32,000 nucleotides of DNA, from the NCBI RefSeq assembly GCF_003010495.1, contig NZ_CP027570.1, positions 2,250,001-2,282,000 of the forward strand. The letters are read 5' to 3'. Below, one piece after another: positions 30,373 to 32,000 of the stretch. This stretch comes from Megasphaera elsdenii DSM 20460 (lineage in GTDB: Bacteria > Bacillota > Negativicutes > Veillonellales > Megasphaeraceae). The notes beneath the pieces were generated by a model. That model worked only from the letters and a program-made list of their open reading frames with translations. It was not told the origin of the DNA and did not search any database. Each line of letters begins with the position of its first letter. Position 1 is the stretch's first letter. The position numbers and the translations under genes were made by a program.

Positions 30373-30417
30373 TTACGAGCCACGAGCCATTAACCACGAG
30401 CCACTAACAACTATTTC
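30373..30417 (-). repeat. minus-strand heptad array GAAATAG TTGTTAG TGGCTCG TGGTTAA TGGCTCG TGGCTCG TAA in register with the stop codon of the 30411-30944 gene
   Basis: Read on the minus strand from 30417 down to 30373. The TAG of unit 1 (complement of 30411-30413) is the gene's stop. Same word family as 16519-16553. Confidence 0.75.
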
Positions 30418-30944
30418 ACAAAATAATGGGCCGAGTCATCGACGAGGCTGTTTTCCAGGAGGGCTTTGAACTGCGGGGCACTCATTCCGGCTGCCTGGGC
30501 AGAGAACTGATAGTCTCCCACTTTCCAATGAGCGACGTAGGACGTGTCGTTGATTTTAGCGATGCTGACGGGAACGCCGTCGATGACCTGGTCTTTCCAG
30601 GTTACGCTATAGACGCCGGAAATATCTTTCATCGATTTATCGGCTTTCTGGGGCATCGTGCGGACGCGGACCGTCGTTTCCGGTTGGCCTAAGCGCTGGA
30701 AGCCGATGTCCGCAGTGTGTTTGCCGATTAAAGAGAGGTAATAACAGCTGAAGCCGGCGTCGCGGGTCAAATACAGCGGTGTAAAGCCGGCATCTTTTAC
30801 GACATTTTCATAGGTATCGTAGATCACAATAGGATTAGGTATGCCGATCGGCTGGACTTTCGGCGTACTGGCTGCGAAAGAAGTACTGCCAATCATCAAC
30901 GTGGCACAGGCTACTAAGAGAGAGTTTTTTACAATGTGTTTCAA
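30411..30944 (-). CDS. hypothetical secreted protein
   Basis: 177 aa with a signal peptide (MKHIVKNSLLVACATLMIGSTSFAAS). No family recognised. Confidence 0.6.
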   Translation of the reverse strand: MKHIVKNSLLVACATLMIGSTSFAASTPKVQPIGIPNPIVIYDTYENVVKDAGFTPLYLTRDAGFSCYYLSLIGKHTADIGFQRLGQPETTVRVRTMPQKADKSMKDISGVYSVTWKDQVIDGVPVSIAKINDTSYVAHWKVGDYQFSAQAAGMSAPQFKALLENSLVDDSAHYFVK

Positions 30945-30971
30945 TGTCTTACACCTCGTTCATCAAAAAAA

Positions 30972-31020
30972 TCAAACGTTTAAGCACCATAAGTATACTC
31001 AAACGTTTAATTTTTGTCAA
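30972..31020 (-). promoter_or_regulatory. promoter with two copies of TCAAACGTTTAA
   Basis: On the minus strand: TTGACA (31020-31015), 17-nt spacer, TATACT (30997-30992). The 12-mer occurs at 30999-31010 (inside the spacer) and at 30972-30983 (just downstream of -10). Confidence 0.5.
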
Positions 31021-31029
31021 ACCAAGAAT

Positions 31030-31371
31030 TCATTCCCACGTTTTCCAGATTTCCGGTACGTAGCCTATGGTAGCCTTAGTACCGTTGCGGACGATGGGCG
31101 TCTTCAAGACTTGCTGATTATCCAAGACTTTAGCATCTTTTTCATCATCGACGGCATATTGAATCAAGGCCAGCGCGTTTTTATCTTTGCATTTCGGGTT
31201 GAGCATGGCGTCGAGGCCGCCGACGGCTTGTTTGACCTTGGTATATTCGCCTTTACTCAGGCCCTTTTCTTTCAGGTCGACGAATTGGACTTTGATGTTC
31301 CGTTCTTTGAAATAGCGGATGGCTTTCTTTGTATCAAAACACTTATTCGTGCCAAAAATCTGGATATTCAT
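31030..31371 (-). CDS. ArsC/Spx family (YffB-like) thioredoxin-fold protein
   Basis: 113 aa. MNIQIFGTNKCFDTKKAIRYFKERNI ... LKTPIV is typical of the ArsC/Spx family. GGAGG RBS. Confidence 0.78.
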   Translation of the reverse strand: MNIQIFGTNKCFDTKKAIRYFKERNIKVQFVDLKEKGLSKGEYTKVKQAVGGLDAMLNPKCKDKNALALIQYAVDDEKDAKVLDNQQVLKTPIVRNGTKATIGYVPEIWKTWE

Positions 31372-31496
31372 GGAGTTCCTCCTTTAGTTTGAAAAAATAA
31401 AAAGTGAAATAAAAAACAAAAAGCTTTTACTTTTCGAAAATATACCTTATAATATACTTGTATATTATTTATTGACACCATAAGGGGGGATTTTTT

Positions 31497-32000
31497 ATGG
31501 CTAAAAAAGAAAACAAGTTCAAGGGGTATGATATTTCAACACAAGCCGTCCATACGGGCGTCGCTTATGATGCGGAAACAGGAGCCGTCCGCCGGCCGCT
31601 GCACATGGCCAATAGCTACAAGCTACCCGATGACCTGTCGAAGGTCAATTATTCTTCGACGGATCTGCTGATGTACGCCCGCAATGGCAACCCGAATCAG
31701 CACTGGCTGGAAGAAAAAGTCGCTGCCCTCCACGGAGCCGATGACGCCATCGTTCTGGGAAGCGGCGTCGCCGCCCTTCACGCTTTGTTCTGGACGCTGC
31801 TCAAGACAGGCGACCGCGTCGTCTATCCGAAAGTCAGCTATATGGCCGTCTATCGCCTGTTCCACGAATTATTCAACCGGAAATTCGGCGTCGAAACAGT
31901 CATGGTCGATATGACGGACCTGGAAGCCGTCAAAAAAGCGATTACGCCAGGGACGCGCCTGGTCCATATCGAGACGCCGGACAATCCAACTGACGGTATT
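31497..32000 (+). CDS. Cys/Met-metabolism PLP-dependent enzyme (methionine gamma-lyase / cystathionine gamma-synthase family), runs off the window
   Basis: My own translation from ATG 31497: MAKKENKFKGYDISTQAVHTGV ... YARNGNPNQHWLEEKVAALHGADDAIVLGSGVAAL ... LVHIETPDNPT. GGGGGGA RBS. The frame stays open to the window edge. Confidence 0.85.
   Translation, partial: MAKKENKFKGYDISTQAVHTGVAYDAETGAVRRPLHMANSYKLPDDLSKVNYSSTDLLMYARNGNPNQHWLEEKVAALHGADDAIVLGSGVAALHALFWTLLKTGDRVVYPKVSYMAVYRLFHELFNRKFGVETVMVDMTDLEAVKKAITPGTRLVHIETPDNPTDGI

Noticed and set aside
1931-30417. Whether the heptad arrays could be CRISPR arrays or ordinary microsatellites.
   Set aside because: Units are only 7 nt, there are no spacers and no cas genes, so they are not CRISPR. 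The words vary at defined positions while the T[A/C]G slot and register are kept, and arrays are tied to stop codons and hairpins. This is unlike slippage microsatellites. They are kept as findings rather than assigned to a known class.
30972-31010. Reading the TCAAACGTTTAA motifs as LexA/SOS boxes because of similarity to TCAAACGTTTG upstream of lexA.
   Set aside because: In these copies the AAAC and GTTT halves abut with no 4-nt spacer, so GAAC-N4-GTTC geometry is not met. They are treated as a separate candidate motif.
1-32000. Search for tRNA, rRNA, tmRNA, IS transposase genes or cas genes.
   Set aside because: I saw no cloverleaf-like segment, rRNA-like conserved block, transposase ORF or spacer-repeat array in a visual pass. 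Absence is not proven without tRNAscan, Infernal or ISfinder.

Overview
All calls come from reading the sequence and ORF track and from recalled family motifs. No homology search was run. The window looks like a chromosomal segment of an anaerobic Firmicute, based on an S-box riboswitch, GAAC-N4-GTTC SOS boxes, a divergent lexA/LysM pair and asrABC. The species cannot be named from this alone.

**1-16.7 kb.** cstA is followed by a compact sulfur-assimilation supercluster. A SAM-I riboswitch precedes cysK-sbp-cysTWA, an AprAB-like APS reductase pair and cysDN. Then come a small lipoprotein gene and asrABC plus an FNT-family (probable hydrosulfide) channel. No cysC, cysH or cysJI is present.

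**16.7-18.5 kb.** This is an SOS module: lexA sits 12 nt upstream of a Crp/Fnr regulator gene and divergent from a YneA-like LysM gene. Several SOS boxes overlap both promoters.

**18.5-31.4 kb.** This is a mosaic, partly AT-richer accessory-looking stretch. It holds:
- a Cre-like tyrosine recombinase, a TVP38 membrane protein and a LOG-DUF1653 fusion
- an L,D-transpeptidase and PIN-PhoH (PhoH2)
- small hypothetical ORFs, mscL, a PNPOx-like protein and a cyclase
- yefM-yoeB with a perfect 16-bp operator palindrome, beside a promoterless gene fragment
- a ~0.9-kb ORF-free region with phased short repeats
- an MFS transporter, a secreted protein and an ArsC/Spx-family protein

The window ends in a partial Cys/Met PLP-enzyme gene.

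**Most unusual signal.** A recurring intergenic architecture sits at 1931-2039, 9375-9456, 16519-16553, 30250-30291 and 30373-30417. It consists of arrays of exact 7-nt periodic words of the form N4-T[A/C]G, N4-TAA or TGA-containing heptamers. The arrays are placed between a stop codon and a hairpin or terminator. At three genes they are in register with the stop codon itself.
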